Of a stretch of DNA of 64,000 nt, positions 10,401 through 19,045 are shown piece after piece (the stretch's first letter is position 1; each line of letters opens with the position of its first letter). The DNA is from Acidobacteriota bacterium. GTDB taxonomy: Bacteria > Acidobacteriota > Thermoanaerobaculia > Multivoradales > UBA5704. The translations under genes and the position numbers were made by a program. The stretch lies in contig JBDTZG010000002.1 of assembly GCA_040005235.1 (NCBI GenBank), positions 160,001 through 224,000 on the forward strand, written 5' to 3'. Under the pieces are notes generated by a model, which saw nothing but the letters and a program-made list of their open reading frames with translations, ran no database searches and had not been told where the DNA came from.

Positions 10401-10683
10401 CATCGACCGAATACCCCTTGAAGATGTCGAGGCTGCGGTCCGCGAGAAAGCGCTCGCGGTCGATGCCGCCGATGGCAAGGATCTGATCCTCGGCGCGAAG
10501 ACAAACTTGAGTCTTCGGGCAGCTCGGTGCCTGGGTTACCGTCCAGTCGGCTCTCATCTCGAAGCCGAAGCCTGGGTAGTAGGCGATGTAGGAGTAATAG
10601 AGGGTCGGAGCGAGAACCAGCAGCGATATGCTGATCCACACCAGGTCGACGATTCGGCGGGTTTGCGCCGTTCTTGGGGTCAC
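7453..10683 (-). CDS. Membrane hybrid sensor histidine kinase (TM-PDZ-multiTM-GAF-PAS-HisKA-HATPase-REC)
   Basis: 1076 aa; PDZ-like segment (YPGFGF...LRAEDQILAIGG...TLTVLRHGE) after the first TM; many further hydrophobic helices; H-box AGVAHDFNN; NLAVNA, DTGIGM, GTGLGL; REC domain ILLVEDE...DLTMPG...KPF; GTG start overlaps the upstream TGA. Confidence 0.9.
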   Translation of the reverse strand: MTPRTAQTRRIVDLVWISISLLVLAPTLYYSYIAYYPGFGFEMRADWTVTQAPSCPKTQVCLRAEDQILAIGGIDRERFLADRSLDIFKGYSVDGATTLTVLRHGETFKIPSHWKDGPQALLEESALLSLLPQIFWLFGTAVVLFLRPRDERWLALVLFAYVTAILLSSGIASARHTAGSSVVFHFVVWLFLPLAAHLHTLLPSPLFGRRGGWVLAPLYAISLVLAGLDTAHLLEDFPVFFRLSFLGGLVLSFAFLVARLFLPGPPAVRQATRIMLFGVTLGFAPIAGFFALLPLFSSRLGMSASDISHSLPWAITISLVAAPIPSASYIYAIYKHTLGAMEFRANRLIGAYSFWALYLTLAVSLLLMAGSRSLAGQPRTLATLLATALVLVVFAPSLHDRFQTLVDRHVFGIRHNHEEVVGLVAEKIPRAFDRSVLGTTLVEEILPTLLVRQSALYLFAEEGVEALYSQGLPSGEPTPDRLEIGAWLARGRRYLRPSSAQDGRTRSWVRLALPLEVKEQTLGVWLMGRRDPDDFYPASDIQLLSTVANQVAPMLENIRLYERAQLEIEQRRAIEQEIRQSEQRFRALFEATLEGIAIVRDGTVLAVNGAMTAIFGVPALELQGQALAELIELGDLTETPLSSEPRETIGRRRDGSAVNLEIAGKRILFQGEAATVVAIRDIDRRKRDEEEKDRLQRQLLLAEKMEAIGRLSAGVAHDFNNCLLAIFGYTDILTEIYRDDDFLQQNLVGLREASEKAAALTRQLLAFARRQAVEQRVVDLNESITGLLRMVHRLLGNDVEVRTSLHPDLPAVRLDPNRLEHVLVNLAVNARHAMPEGGVLTLRTEPVTVAHEAPAEHDVPPGVWALVAISDTGIGMDAETQGRIFEPFFSTREVGEGTGLGLATSYGFVQQSGGFIFVDSAPGEGARFSLYLPAHLDPEIEPAVAPEEPLEPGDETILLVEDEDKVRDVLRRILEGRGYRVLVAASGAEAIEIAAGSTEPIDLLLTDLTMPGLKGIEIAALLLADRPELRVLYMSGYRSGTVSARREGPLCLQKPFSAGVLARAVRQVIDGPPTGT

Positions 10684-11669
10684 CTCGGCTCCGGGATTCC
10701 CTGGAGCCTGTCGCCGCTACCGAGCGAAAGCAGGTGCTCGAGCGGGCGCACCAGCCGGTTGACCATCCGATCGAGAGGCGCGTGCGAGATCACTTCCAGG
10801 GCTTGTACCTGTCGACGTGACTCGGTGGAAAAATGGTCCATCTGGAGCGCACAGTAGCTCACGGCTCCCGATTTGAAAAGAAGTTTTTGCGCGGAGGCTA
10901 GCGATTCCGGGTCTCCCACCCCTTGGGCGAGGCGGGCGAACTCGTTCCGCTCAGGGTACGTGGCGGTCATGGCGTAGAGCAGGGCCAGGTTGTTGCGTGG
11001 CCGGCTCCAGTCGGCGCTCGCCGGCGTGTTGAGCGAATCGGCGAGATCGTCGCTCACTTGAATGAAACGGCCGAGACTTCGTCCGAGGCGCTCGAATCCG
11101 GCGATCGTGGAGCTCGAGGCTCCGGCCAGCAGACCGCCCAGAGCGAAGGCGGCGGCGAACAGCGGCGGGGACTTTGCCTCGACTCTCCGCCAGTAATCTT
11201 CCTCCGTTGTCGATTCGACGGTGTCCAATTCTTGGCCATGAGCCGTCGCGAGAAACGCGCAGGAAAGCTGAGCTTGAAGCGCCGAGTATCGAGGCGATTC
11301 GATCGCGGTATTCTCGATCAGTCGATGGGCCGCGGCTTGGAAAGCCGAGGCCAGATTCGCGGCCCGGCCGACTCCTAGAAAGTGAAAGTCGCCCTTCGGG
11401 TCGTTGTCGAGCAGGTCGTCGATCAGATGGATGGCGGTCAAGGCGCAGAGAATCGCCGCCGCGCCAGGCAACGCCTGCTCTTCCGTACCGCCCGAAGCCA
11501 GGCATGCGGCAACGGGGTATTCCCATACCGAGATTTCGTCGCAATGTTTGGCCCGACTGATGAGATCGAGCATCTCGGGCCAGCGGTTGACCTCGGGCAG
11601 GTGAGCGACCAGCGCTTTCAAACGTTCAAAACGCTGGTTTATAGAGCGACCGCGAACTTCGACTTGCAT
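10680..11669 (-). CDS. Class I isoprenoid synthase-fold (polyprenyl synthetase-like) protein; candidate ComQ-like peptide prenyltransferase
   Basis: Asp-rich motifs HLIDDLLD and QVSDDLAD, GQELD, KS motif; no GKRxR motif and no RRG after the first Asp motif. Confidence 0.75.
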   Translation of the reverse strand: MQVEVRGRSINQRFERLKALVAHLPEVNRWPEMLDLISRAKHCDEISVWEYPVAACLASGGTEEQALPGAAAILCALTAIHLIDDLLDNDPKGDFHFLGVGRAANLASAFQAAAHRLIENTAIESPRYSALQAQLSCAFLATAHGQELDTVESTTEEDYWRRVEAKSPPLFAAAFALGGLLAGASSSTIAGFERLGRSLGRFIQVSDDLADSLNTPASADWSRPRNNLALLYAMTATYPERNEFARLAQGVGDPESLASAQKLLFKSGAVSYCALQMDHFSTESRRQVQALEVISHAPLDRMVNRLVRPLEHLLSLGSGDRLQGIPEPR

Positions 11670-11756
11670 CTAGGTAAATTTCTCGAACCTCTAAAAACCT
11701 TGCGCGAATCGGGTAGGCGAAACGACGGGTTCGTCGCTTCGCCTACTCGGGATATT

Positions 11757-11942
11757 TTAGGAAAGCTCGGAAGCAGCCTGGGCCGACGAAGTCCATTCGG
11801 GCCAGCCGTCCGGATCGGGTTTACCTGCCGCTCCGAACACTTGCGATGGATCTTCAACCTTAGAGATGGCGCGAAGCCTGATCAAAAGGGGGTCGGCATC
11901 GCACACGCCATGCAGAGATCGGTTAAAACTTTCGATGGACAT
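11757..11942 (-). CDS. Small Trp-containing peptide (candidate ComX-like precursor), 61 aa
   Basis: Strong RBS GGAGGGAG 6 nt before the ATG at 11942; MSIESFNRSLHGVCDADPLLIRLRAISKVEDPSQVFGAAGKPDPDGWPEWTSSAQAASELS; directly upstream of and co-oriented with the prenyltransferase. Confidence 0.6.
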   Translation of the reverse strand: MSIESFNRSLHGVCDADPLLIRLRAISKVEDPSQVFGAAGKPDPDGWPEWTSSAQAASELS

Positions 11943-12129
11943 CAATTACTCCCTCCGACTACAAGTTAGTTGTAAAATCTTGATCGCGGCCCACGCAGAT
12001 CCCCCGAATCGAGCGAGTCTCGATGTAAGAAAGATCTTTGTGAGACGGAAAAACCGCGACCAAGCGACCGTATACCGGTGCTGGAGTGCGACGATCTCCC
12101 TAAAGAGGGACACGTTTGTTCAAAAAAAT

Positions 12130-13326
12130 TCAGGAGGCGGGTGGAATGTGCAAACTCTCGTCGGCCGCGAGGTCTCGGCCCGTGCGGGGGTATGAAAAAA
12201 AGTGACCTTGGCCGAAATCGATTCCCAGTCTGCGAATCTCTTCGGCTTCTGCCGCGGTCTCTACCGCTTCCATCACCGTTTTGGCGCCGGTTCGCGCGGC
12301 CATCTCGGCGGTCGAACGGACCAAGGCTTGTTTAAATGGATCTTGTTCGACTCCGCGACAGAAGGCGGACGAAATCTTAAGGAACTCCGGGCGGAGATCT
12401 AGAAACAAATTTAAATTTGATGATCCTTCGCCAAAATCATCCAAAGCGATTCTTAATCCAAGATCGCGCAACTTCGCGAGGGTCGCGGCGAAGGCGCGCG
12501 GATTCAAGATCGTGTGTTGCTCGGTGAGCTCCAGAATCACCCGCTGGTGATCGACCTCCGCCGTGCGCAGCGCTTCGACCAGCCGGGGGGTGAACTCGGG
12601 GTGGGTGAGAGATCGCGGCTGGACGTTCAAAAATGCGGTCAAGCGTCCCGGCAGGTGGCGAAATTCGGCGAGCGCGGCACGGATACAAAGTAAATCGACC
12701 TCGAACGCCAACTCTTTCTTTGCCGCATAAGCGAACAATAGAGCCGGCATGCCGAGCAGAGAACCCGCCGGGCCGCGGGCGAGACCTTCGACGCCGAAAA
12801 CCTCGAACGGCGGGCCGCCGTCGAACAGCGGAACCACGGGCTGAAGCAGAGCGTGCAGCGGACCCGCCGACAGGAAGCTTTCGAGCAGCGGAACTTTCTC
12901 GACCGTCGGCGCCTGCGGCGGACTCTTCGGCGTTTCCGGATCAGCTGAAGCCGCCGCTTGCCGCGCCTGCTCGGCGAGCAGCAGGCGGCGCAGCTCGCCC
13001 AAACCGCCCGGTTTATCGAGGACGGCCGCGACCCCCATCAGATGGCAGATCGAACGGACGCTCTCGTCCAAGAAACCCGAGAGGACGTAAAGCGCGGTGT
13101 CCGGGAAGTGCGTGGCGACGAAGCGGATCAGCCGTACCCCTTCGAGCCCGCCGAGCGGCGACACCGAAAGATCGGTAACCACGGCGTCGAAGGGATACTG
13201 GCTGAGCAACGCCTCCGCCGCCTCGATTTCCAGGCAGGTGGTCAGGGCAACGTCGGGCGCTCGTAACGCGAGCGCGAGCATGTCGACCACCATCGACTCG
13301 TCATCGAGCACCAAGACTCTAAACAT
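12130..13326 (-). CDS. Response regulator receiver + EAL c-di-GMP phosphodiesterase
   Basis: Likely start MFRVLVLDDE; REC with VVTDL and DKP; EAL variant VEGLAR, FLNV, LELTE, ALDDFGEG, LKIS, EAVET, GQG. Confidence 0.85.
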   Translation of the reverse strand: MFRVLVLDDESMVVDMLALALRAPDVALTTCLEIEAAEALLSQYPFDAVVTDLSVSPLGGLEGVRLIRFVATHFPDTALYVLSGFLDESVRSICHLMGVAAVLDKPGGLGELRRLLLAEQARQAAASADPETPKSPPQAPTVEKVPLLESFLSAGPLHALLQPVVPLFDGGPPFEVFGVEGLARGPAGSLLGMPALLFAYAAKKELAFEVDLLCIRAALAEFRHLPGRLTAFLNVQPRSLTHPEFTPRLVEALRTAEVDHQRVILELTEQHTILNPRAFAATLAKLRDLGLRIALDDFGEGSSNLNLFLDLRPEFLKISSAFCRGVEQDPFKQALVRSTAEMAARTGAKTVMEAVETAAEAEEIRRLGIDFGQGHFFSYPRTGRDLAADESLHIPPAS

Positions 13327-13582
13327 TGGGTGAGCAGTATAAGCGTCGACAGCTTGGGAGCCAAGAAACGAGGACGGGGAACCGCCTCGTTGTCCTCTCA
13401 CGGTGGCATCCGTGGGTCCGAAGCGCCGGGCCAGATTATCGCGATCGCGCCCGACGATCGCGAGTGAAGCTTGATTCTAAGGACCTTACCGCCCTCGCGC
13501 GTCTTCTGGCACCTGAGTTGCTCTGATGAGGAATCGAACATCGATCGCCCCCCTATTTCGGGGCGCTGGAGGATTTCGCACC

Positions 13583-14287
13583 ATGTCGAAGCACATCACC
13601 CTCGCCCTCGCCCTGCTCGGCTCCGCGCTGGTCGCGGCCAACGCCCAAGCTCAAGTCCCGAGCGGGCCGATCGAACAATCCGTGCGCCTTCGTCTCGGCA
13701 GTTTCCGGCCCGAAGGAAACTCGCAGTACTGGCACGACAAGGCGGTTCAATTCAACGGCAAAGCCTCCGATCTGGAGGATGCGGTCGGCGGCATCGATTA
13801 CCAGCTGGCGCTCAACCCCCATTTCGCGCTGCTGTTTTCGGGCTCCTCGTACCAGGGGAAGACCGACCCGTCCTATCGGAACTTTGTCGATTCACGGGGC
13901 GGCGAGGTCTCGCACACCGCGACGCTCGACATCGCCTCGCTCACCGCCGGCCTGGTGTTTCATCTGGCCGGGCCGAACGCTCCGATCCGTCCGTACCTGG
14001 GCGGCGGAGGGGGCGTCTACGCCTACCGATTGGAAGAGGACGGACGGTTCATAGACTTTACGCCGCCGCCTCCGACCGTCTTCCGCGCCGATTCGGTCGC
14101 CGAGGGCAATTCCTTCGGCTATTACTGGCTGGCCGGTTTTGAAGTGCCGGTCGGTCGCAGCTGGGGCTTTTTCGCCGAGGGGCGCTGGCACCAAGTCGAC
14201 GACGAGCTGGGCGACGACTTCGCCGGCTTCGGCAAGATCGACTTGTCCGGCCGTGACGTCTCGGCGGGCATCTCCTACCGGTTCTGA
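13583..14287 (+). CDS. Outer-membrane beta-barrel protein (OmpA/OmpW-like)
   Basis: RBS GGAGG before ATG 13583; signal peptide ending AQA; RPYLGGGGG strand; C-terminal AGISYRF. Confidence 0.75.
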   Translation: MSKHITLALALLGSALVAANAQAQVPSGPIEQSVRLRLGSFRPEGNSQYWHDKAVQFNGKASDLEDAVGGIDYQLALNPHFALLFSGSSYQGKTDPSYRNFVDSRGGEVSHTATLDIASLTAGLVFHLAGPNAPIRPYLGGGGGVYAYRLEEDGRFIDFTPPPPTVFRADSVAEGNSFGYYWLAGFEVPVGRSWGFFAEGRWHQVDDELGDDFAGFGKIDLSGRDVSAGISYRF

Positions 14288-14296
14288 TCGTTCCCA

Positions 14297-14330
14297 AGGT
14301 CCGCCCGCGTGGCCCCGCGCGGGCGGACCT
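14297..14330 (+). terminator. Stem-loop after the OMP gene (possible terminator)
   Basis: 13-bp perfect inverted repeat aggtccgcccgcg/cgcgggcggacct; weak U-tail. Confidence 0.45.
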
Positions 14331-14350
14331 GTTACGCTTCCCGCCGTTCG

Positions 14351-16825
14351 ATGCCCTCCACTCTTCGCACCCCCACGCCGGAAGCCGGTACGCCCAGTCG
14401 TTGGCGTAAGAAGCGCCTGCTATGGATCGGATTGGGGTTGTTGGTGGTCGTGCTGCTCGCGTTCCTGCCGTTCTGGCAGATCGTCGGCCGGTTCGGGGAC
14501 ATGATTTTCCGCCAGCCCTCGCGGCTCTACGCGCGGATCGATCGGGTGCAAAAAGGCGGTCTGTGCAGCATGGATCGGGTGGTCGCCGAGTTGCGCGCCT
14601 CGGGCTACCGTTCGGTCGGCGGAGAGGGCCCGCTCCTCTCGGGGCGCTATCGCCGAGCGGGGGATCGGCTCGAAGCTCACCTGCGCTATTTCCCGACCCC
14701 CGAAGGCGAGCGCGGCGGAGCGCGGTTCGATCTGCGCACCGCCCAGTCGCGCGTGGTCTCGATCACCCGCGACGGCCGGCCGGTCGACGAGATGATCCTC
14801 GAACCGCCGTTGGTCGCGTCGTACTACGGACCGAAGCTCGAAGAGCGCCGGCCGCTCCGCCTGGAGCAGGTGCCCCAGGATCTGGTGAACGCGGTGCTCG
14901 CGGCGGAGGACGACAGTTTCTTCGAGCACTCGGGGATCTCGGTGCGCGGCGTCGCCCGGGCGGTTTTGGTCAACCTTCGCGGTCACGGCATCCGCCAAGG
15001 CGGCAGCACGCTTACTCAGCAGCTGGTCAAGAACATCTTTCTCACCCAGAAGCGTTCGCTGGGGAGAAAGGCGCAAGAGGCGATCCTCGCGGTGCTGATG
15101 GAGGTGCGGTACGACAAGAAGGAGATCCTGGAGTCGTACCTGAACGAGATCTACCTCGGATCGAGCGGCGGCGTCTCGGTGCTCGGCGTAGGAGCCGCGG
15201 CGCGCGCTTTTTTCGGCAAGGACGCGCGGGATCTCGATCTCGCCGAGGCGGCGACTCTCGCCGGGATGATTCAGTCTCCCGCCCCCTATTCGCCGGTCGC
15301 CCATCCGGAGCGGTGCAAACAGCGCCGCGACTGGGTTTTGGCTCGGCTGGAAGAGCTGGGCCTCGCCGAGCCGGACCGCGTGGCGCGGGCCCTGGCGACG
15401 CCGGTCCTCGCCGAGCCGGAGGCCCCGACCCGCCGCCGCGCGCCCTACTTCAGCGACGCGATGACCCACGAGGTGGAACGCCGTTTCCGCATCGCCGATC
15501 TTGCCGATGCCGGCTTTGCCCTCTATTCGAGCCTCGATCTCACCGATCAGCGCGCGGCGCAGGCGGCGGTCGAGAGCGGCCTCGCCGACCTTGAAAAGAA
15601 GGGACCGCAGGGCGACAGCAAGGGTCCGCTGGAGTCCGCCCTGGTCTCGGTCGATCCGGCGACCGGCGGCCTGCTCGCCTACGTCGGGGGACGAAGCTAT
15701 ACCCGCAGCCAGTTCGATCGGGCGAGCCAGGCGAAGCGCCAGCCCGGCAGCGCGTTCAAGCCAATCGTCTACGCCCAACTGTTCGAATCGGGAAAGGGAA
15801 CGCCGGCGTCGTTCGTCGAGGATTCGCCGCTCACGATCGACATGGCCGGCAAGCCCTGGAGTCCGAAAAACGACGACGGTAGCTTTCACGGCTGGGTCAC
15901 CGTCCGCCGGGCGCTGGAGCACAGCTACAACCCGGCGACGACGCGCATCGCCCTCCAGGTCGGCATGGACCATGTGGTGACGCTTGCCCACAAGATGGGG
16001 GTCGAAGCGGAGATGGACCCGTTCCCCGCGGTGGCGCTCGGCGCCACGTCCGTTTCGCCGATCGAGCTGTTGCGGGTCTATGCGACGCTCGCCGCGGGCG
16101 GCGTCCGTCCGGAGGTCCATGGCATCGACGCGGTGTTCGACCGCTTCGGCAAGCCGGTCGAGGGCGAGGTCCTGCCGGCGCCCGAGCGGGTCCTTTCGCC
16201 GCAGTCGGCGTATCTGGTGACCACTCTGCTTCAAGGCGTGATCGATCGAGGAACCGGCTTTGGGATTCGGGCCCAGGGAATCGAAGGGGCGCTCGCCGGG
16301 AAAACCGGCACCACGAACGACCGGCGCGACGCCTGGTTCGGCGGCTATTCGGTCAACCGCGCGACGGTCGTCTGGGTCGGGTTCGACGACAACTCTCCCA
16401 CCCGCCTGTCGGGCGCCCGCGGCGCCCTGCCGATTTGGGCGCGATTCACCTCGCAGGTCCGCTCTCCGGCGGGATTCCCGCCGTTCAAGCAGCCTCCCGG
16501 CCTGCGGACGGCGATGATCGATCCGACCACCGGCGCGCTCGCCACCGAGTATTGTCCGGCGGTGATCACCGAGGTCTTCCCCGAAGGGAAGGTCCCTTCC
16601 CAGCTGTGCGATCGCCACACCGGATTTGACTCCACGAGCGGCTACGACGAGGACGGCCAGCCGCTCGACGGCGAGGATGCGGGAGGAGTCCAGCCGCAGC
16701 GGCATCCCTTCCGCCGCTGGTTGAACCAGATCTTTGGCAACCGCGATCCCAACGCGCCGCCGCCGCGAAATTCAGGCGACGGTTCGTCGCCTCCCCCGGT
16801 GCCTCCTCCGGATCCCCATCGCTAG
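14351..16825 (+). CDS. mrcB: Bifunctional penicillin-binding protein 1B (transglycosylase/transpeptidase)
   Basis: N-terminal TM and UB2H-like region; GT motifs AEDDSFFEH, QGGSTLTQQLVKN, YLNEIYLG; TP motifs GSAFK, SYN, GKTGT. Confidence 0.88.
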   Translation: MPSTLRTPTPEAGTPSRWRKKRLLWIGLGLLVVVLLAFLPFWQIVGRFGDMIFRQPSRLYARIDRVQKGGLCSMDRVVAELRASGYRSVGGEGPLLSGRYRRAGDRLEAHLRYFPTPEGERGGARFDLRTAQSRVVSITRDGRPVDEMILEPPLVASYYGPKLEERRPLRLEQVPQDLVNAVLAAEDDSFFEHSGISVRGVARAVLVNLRGHGIRQGGSTLTQQLVKNIFLTQKRSLGRKAQEAILAVLMEVRYDKKEILESYLNEIYLGSSGGVSVLGVGAAARAFFGKDARDLDLAEAATLAGMIQSPAPYSPVAHPERCKQRRDWVLARLEELGLAEPDRVARALATPVLAEPEAPTRRRAPYFSDAMTHEVERRFRIADLADAGFALYSSLDLTDQRAAQAAVESGLADLEKKGPQGDSKGPLESALVSVDPATGGLLAYVGGRSYTRSQFDRASQAKRQPGSAFKPIVYAQLFESGKGTPASFVEDSPLTIDMAGKPWSPKNDDGSFHGWVTVRRALEHSYNPATTRIALQVGMDHVVTLAHKMGVEAEMDPFPAVALGATSVSPIELLRVYATLAAGGVRPEVHGIDAVFDRFGKPVEGEVLPAPERVLSPQSAYLVTTLLQGVIDRGTGFGIRAQGIEGALAGKTGTTNDRRDAWFGGYSVNRATVVWVGFDDNSPTRLSGARGALPIWARFTSQVRSPAGFPPFKQPPGLRTAMIDPTTGALATEYCPAVITEVFPEGKVPSQLCDRHTGFDSTSGYDEDGQPLDGEDAGGVQPQRHPFRRWLNQIFGNRDPNAPPPRNSGDGSSPPPVPPPDPHR

Positions 16826-16867
16826 ACCTACAAGGCGGCCGCCGCGCGGTGCCGCGAGAGAGGCTCC

Positions 16868-17764
16868 ATGCCCGACATCCGCCGCTTTTACCTGGTTCCC
16901 CTCCGGCTCGAAGAGCTGTTCGCCGCCGAGCTGTGGGCTGCCGGAACGCTCGGCCTGGAGATCAAGCCGCACGACGGCGAGCGGGTGCGGATCGAGGCGT
17001 ACTTCGACGAGGCGGCGCCGGAACCTGGTCTCGCGGCGATGGGGCTTCTAGGTTTCGAAGAGATCGAGACGGTGGGCGTTGAGCCCGTGCCCCAGGTCGA
17101 CTGGCTGGCCCGCTACCGCGAAAACGCCCGGCCGTTCTGGGTCGGCCGGCGGCTGTTGCTCGATCCCCGCGAACCGGACGAGCCCCCTTGTGAGGTTCCG
17201 CCGGGGCGCGTTCTCCTCCGCCTGCCGGCGCGTTCGGCGTTCGGCGTCGGCAGTCACGAATCGACCCGTTTGGCGCTGGAGCTGCTGGAGGATTTGGTCG
17301 AGGATTGGGCGGAGGAGGGAGGGCTCGCCGGCCGCACCGCGCTGGAGATCGGCGCCGGCACGGCGGTCCTGTCGTTCGCCGCGCTCCGGTTCGGCGCCCG
17401 TTCGGCGATCGCTTTCGATCTCGATCCCGGCGCACCGATCCACGCCCGCGACAACAGCCGGCTGAACGACTTGTATCCGCGCCATTTCGCCGGCCGGCTC
17501 GCGGCGCTGGTCGCCCCGCCTCATCCGAAATCGCGGTTCGATCTCCTGCTGTTGAACGTCCTTCCCGAGGAGATCCTTTCTGAGCTTCCCGATCTGGCCG
17601 AGCGGCTCGCGCCGGGCGGCGAGCTGATCTTTTCCGGCATTCTCGCCGAACGTGGCGATGAGATTTTGGCCCGGGTCGCCGCGCTCGGCCTGGTCGAGCG
17701 CGGCCGGCGGATCGCCAACGAGTGGATCGCGTTCCGGCTGGTGCGGGCCGCCCCCGGCGCGTGA
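16868..17764 (+). CDS. prmA: 50S ribosomal protein L11 methyltransferase
   Basis: AFGVGSHEST, SAM-binding LEIGAGTAVL, PGGELIFSGIL; adjacent to rsmE. Confidence 0.8.
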   Translation: MPDIRRFYLVPLRLEELFAAELWAAGTLGLEIKPHDGERVRIEAYFDEAAPEPGLAAMGLLGFEEIETVGVEPVPQVDWLARYRENARPFWVGRRLLLDPREPDEPPCEVPPGRVLLRLPARSAFGVGSHESTRLALELLEDLVEDWAEEGGLAGRTALEIGAGTAVLSFAALRFGARSAIAFDLDPGAPIHARDNSRLNDLYPRHFAGRLAALVAPPHPKSRFDLLLLNVLPEEILSELPDLAERLAPGGELIFSGILAERGDEILARVAALGLVERGRRIANEWIAFRLVRAAPGA

Positions 17765-18498
17765 TCACCCTTCTCGTCTCCCCGGAAGACTTTTTCGCCG
17801 CTGAAATCGCGGTCGAAGGGGAGGCCTACCGCCACCTGTTTCGCGCCCGCCGCGCCGAAGTGGGAGATTCGATTCGCCTGACCGACGGCTTGGGGACCGC
17901 GCGCGCCGGGCGGGTCGTCCGCATCGACCGCAAGGCGGGCTGGATCGCCCCGGTCGAACCGATCGAGGAGCTGCCGGAGAACGAGCCCGCGCTCCGCCTC
18001 TCCCTCCTGGTGCCGACTCTGCGTCCCGAGCGCGCCGCCTGGCTGGTCGAGAAGGCGACCGAGCTGGGGGTCGCCGCGATCCGCTTTCTCCACACCGAGC
18101 GCGCGCCGCGCGATTTCGGCTCCGGCACGCTCGACCGGCTCCGCCGGGTGGCGGTCTCGGCGCTCGAACAGTGCCACGGCTCCCGCCTGCCCCTGATCGA
18201 TGGCCCTCACGGCTGGAGCGATCTGGCGAAACTCGCGGAGGGAATGGAGGCGCGATGGGTGCTCGATCCGGGCGGTGATCCGGATCTCGGCGTCGATCGG
18301 GAGGCGCGCGCGACGCGCACCTCGGCGCTGCTCGTCGGTCCCGAAGGGGGGCTGACGGATCAGGAGCTTGCCGCCGCCCGCTCGCTGGGTTTTCGTCCCG
18401 TGGCTCTCGGTCCGCGAATATTGCGGATCGAAACCGCCGCGGTGGCCGGAGCCTCTCTCGCGCTTCTGGCCGTAACTCCCGGGCCGGGAAGAGAATAG
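17761..18498 (+). CDS. rsmE: 16S rRNA m3U1498 methyltransferase
   Basis: GTGA overlap with prmA; EKATELGV, EQC, LVGPEGG, LGPRILRIETA. Confidence 0.9.
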   Translation: MITLLVSPEDFFAAEIAVEGEAYRHLFRARRAEVGDSIRLTDGLGTARAGRVVRIDRKAGWIAPVEPIEELPENEPALRLSLLVPTLRPERAAWLVEKATELGVAAIRFLHTERAPRDFGSGTLDRLRRVAVSALEQCHGSRLPLIDGPHGWSDLAKLAEGMEARWVLDPGGDPDLGVDREARATRTSALLVGPEGGLTDQELAAARSLGFRPVALGPRILRIETAAVAGASLALLAVTPGPGRE

Positions 18499-18533
18499 GA
18501 TGAGGTCGCCCCCCCTTTAAAGAGAGGAACGAC

Positions 18534-18959
18534 ATGTCCGAGCCTTCGACCCCTTCCCCTTCTTCGCCGACCTCCCCACCCCCCCGCCGGTTGGCACGGC
18601 GTCTCGGTTGCGGAGCGGCCCTCGTCCTGCTGCTCGCCGCGGGCGGTTTCGCCCTCTACGTCTGGGCGGCGCTCAAGTTCAATTTCTCGGAAGGCGAGCG
18701 GGCGGGGTACGTCCAGAAGTTCTCGAAGAAGGGCTGGGTGTGCAAGACCTGGGAGGGGGAGCTGGCGATGGTGAGCCTGCCGGGCACCCTTGCCGAGACG
18801 TTCCGGTTTTCGGTGCGCGACGCCAAGGTGGCCGAGGTGATCAACGCCTCCGTCGGCAAACGGGTGGCGCTCTCCTACGAGCAGCATAAGGGGATTCCCA
18901 CGGACTGTTTCGGCGAGACCGACTACTTCGTGACCGGTGCCAAGCGGGTCGAACCGTAG
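18534..18959 (+). CDS. Conserved hypothetical single-TM protein
   Basis: RBS GAGG; one TM helix, then SEGERAGYVQKFSKKGWVCKTWEGEL motif. Confidence 0.7.
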   Translation: MSEPSTPSPSSPTSPPPRRLARRLGCGAALVLLLAAGGFALYVWAALKFNFSEGERAGYVQKFSKKGWVCKTWEGELAMVSLPGTLAETFRFSVRDAKVAEVINASVGKRVALSYEQHKGIPTDCFGETDYFVTGAKRVEP

Positions 18960-19045
18960 AGATGGGCGACATGGACACCCTTCCCCCCATCGGCTACGAT
19001 CGCTCGCTCAGGACCTCTGTACGAAATCCAAAGGGAGGCCCCGCC

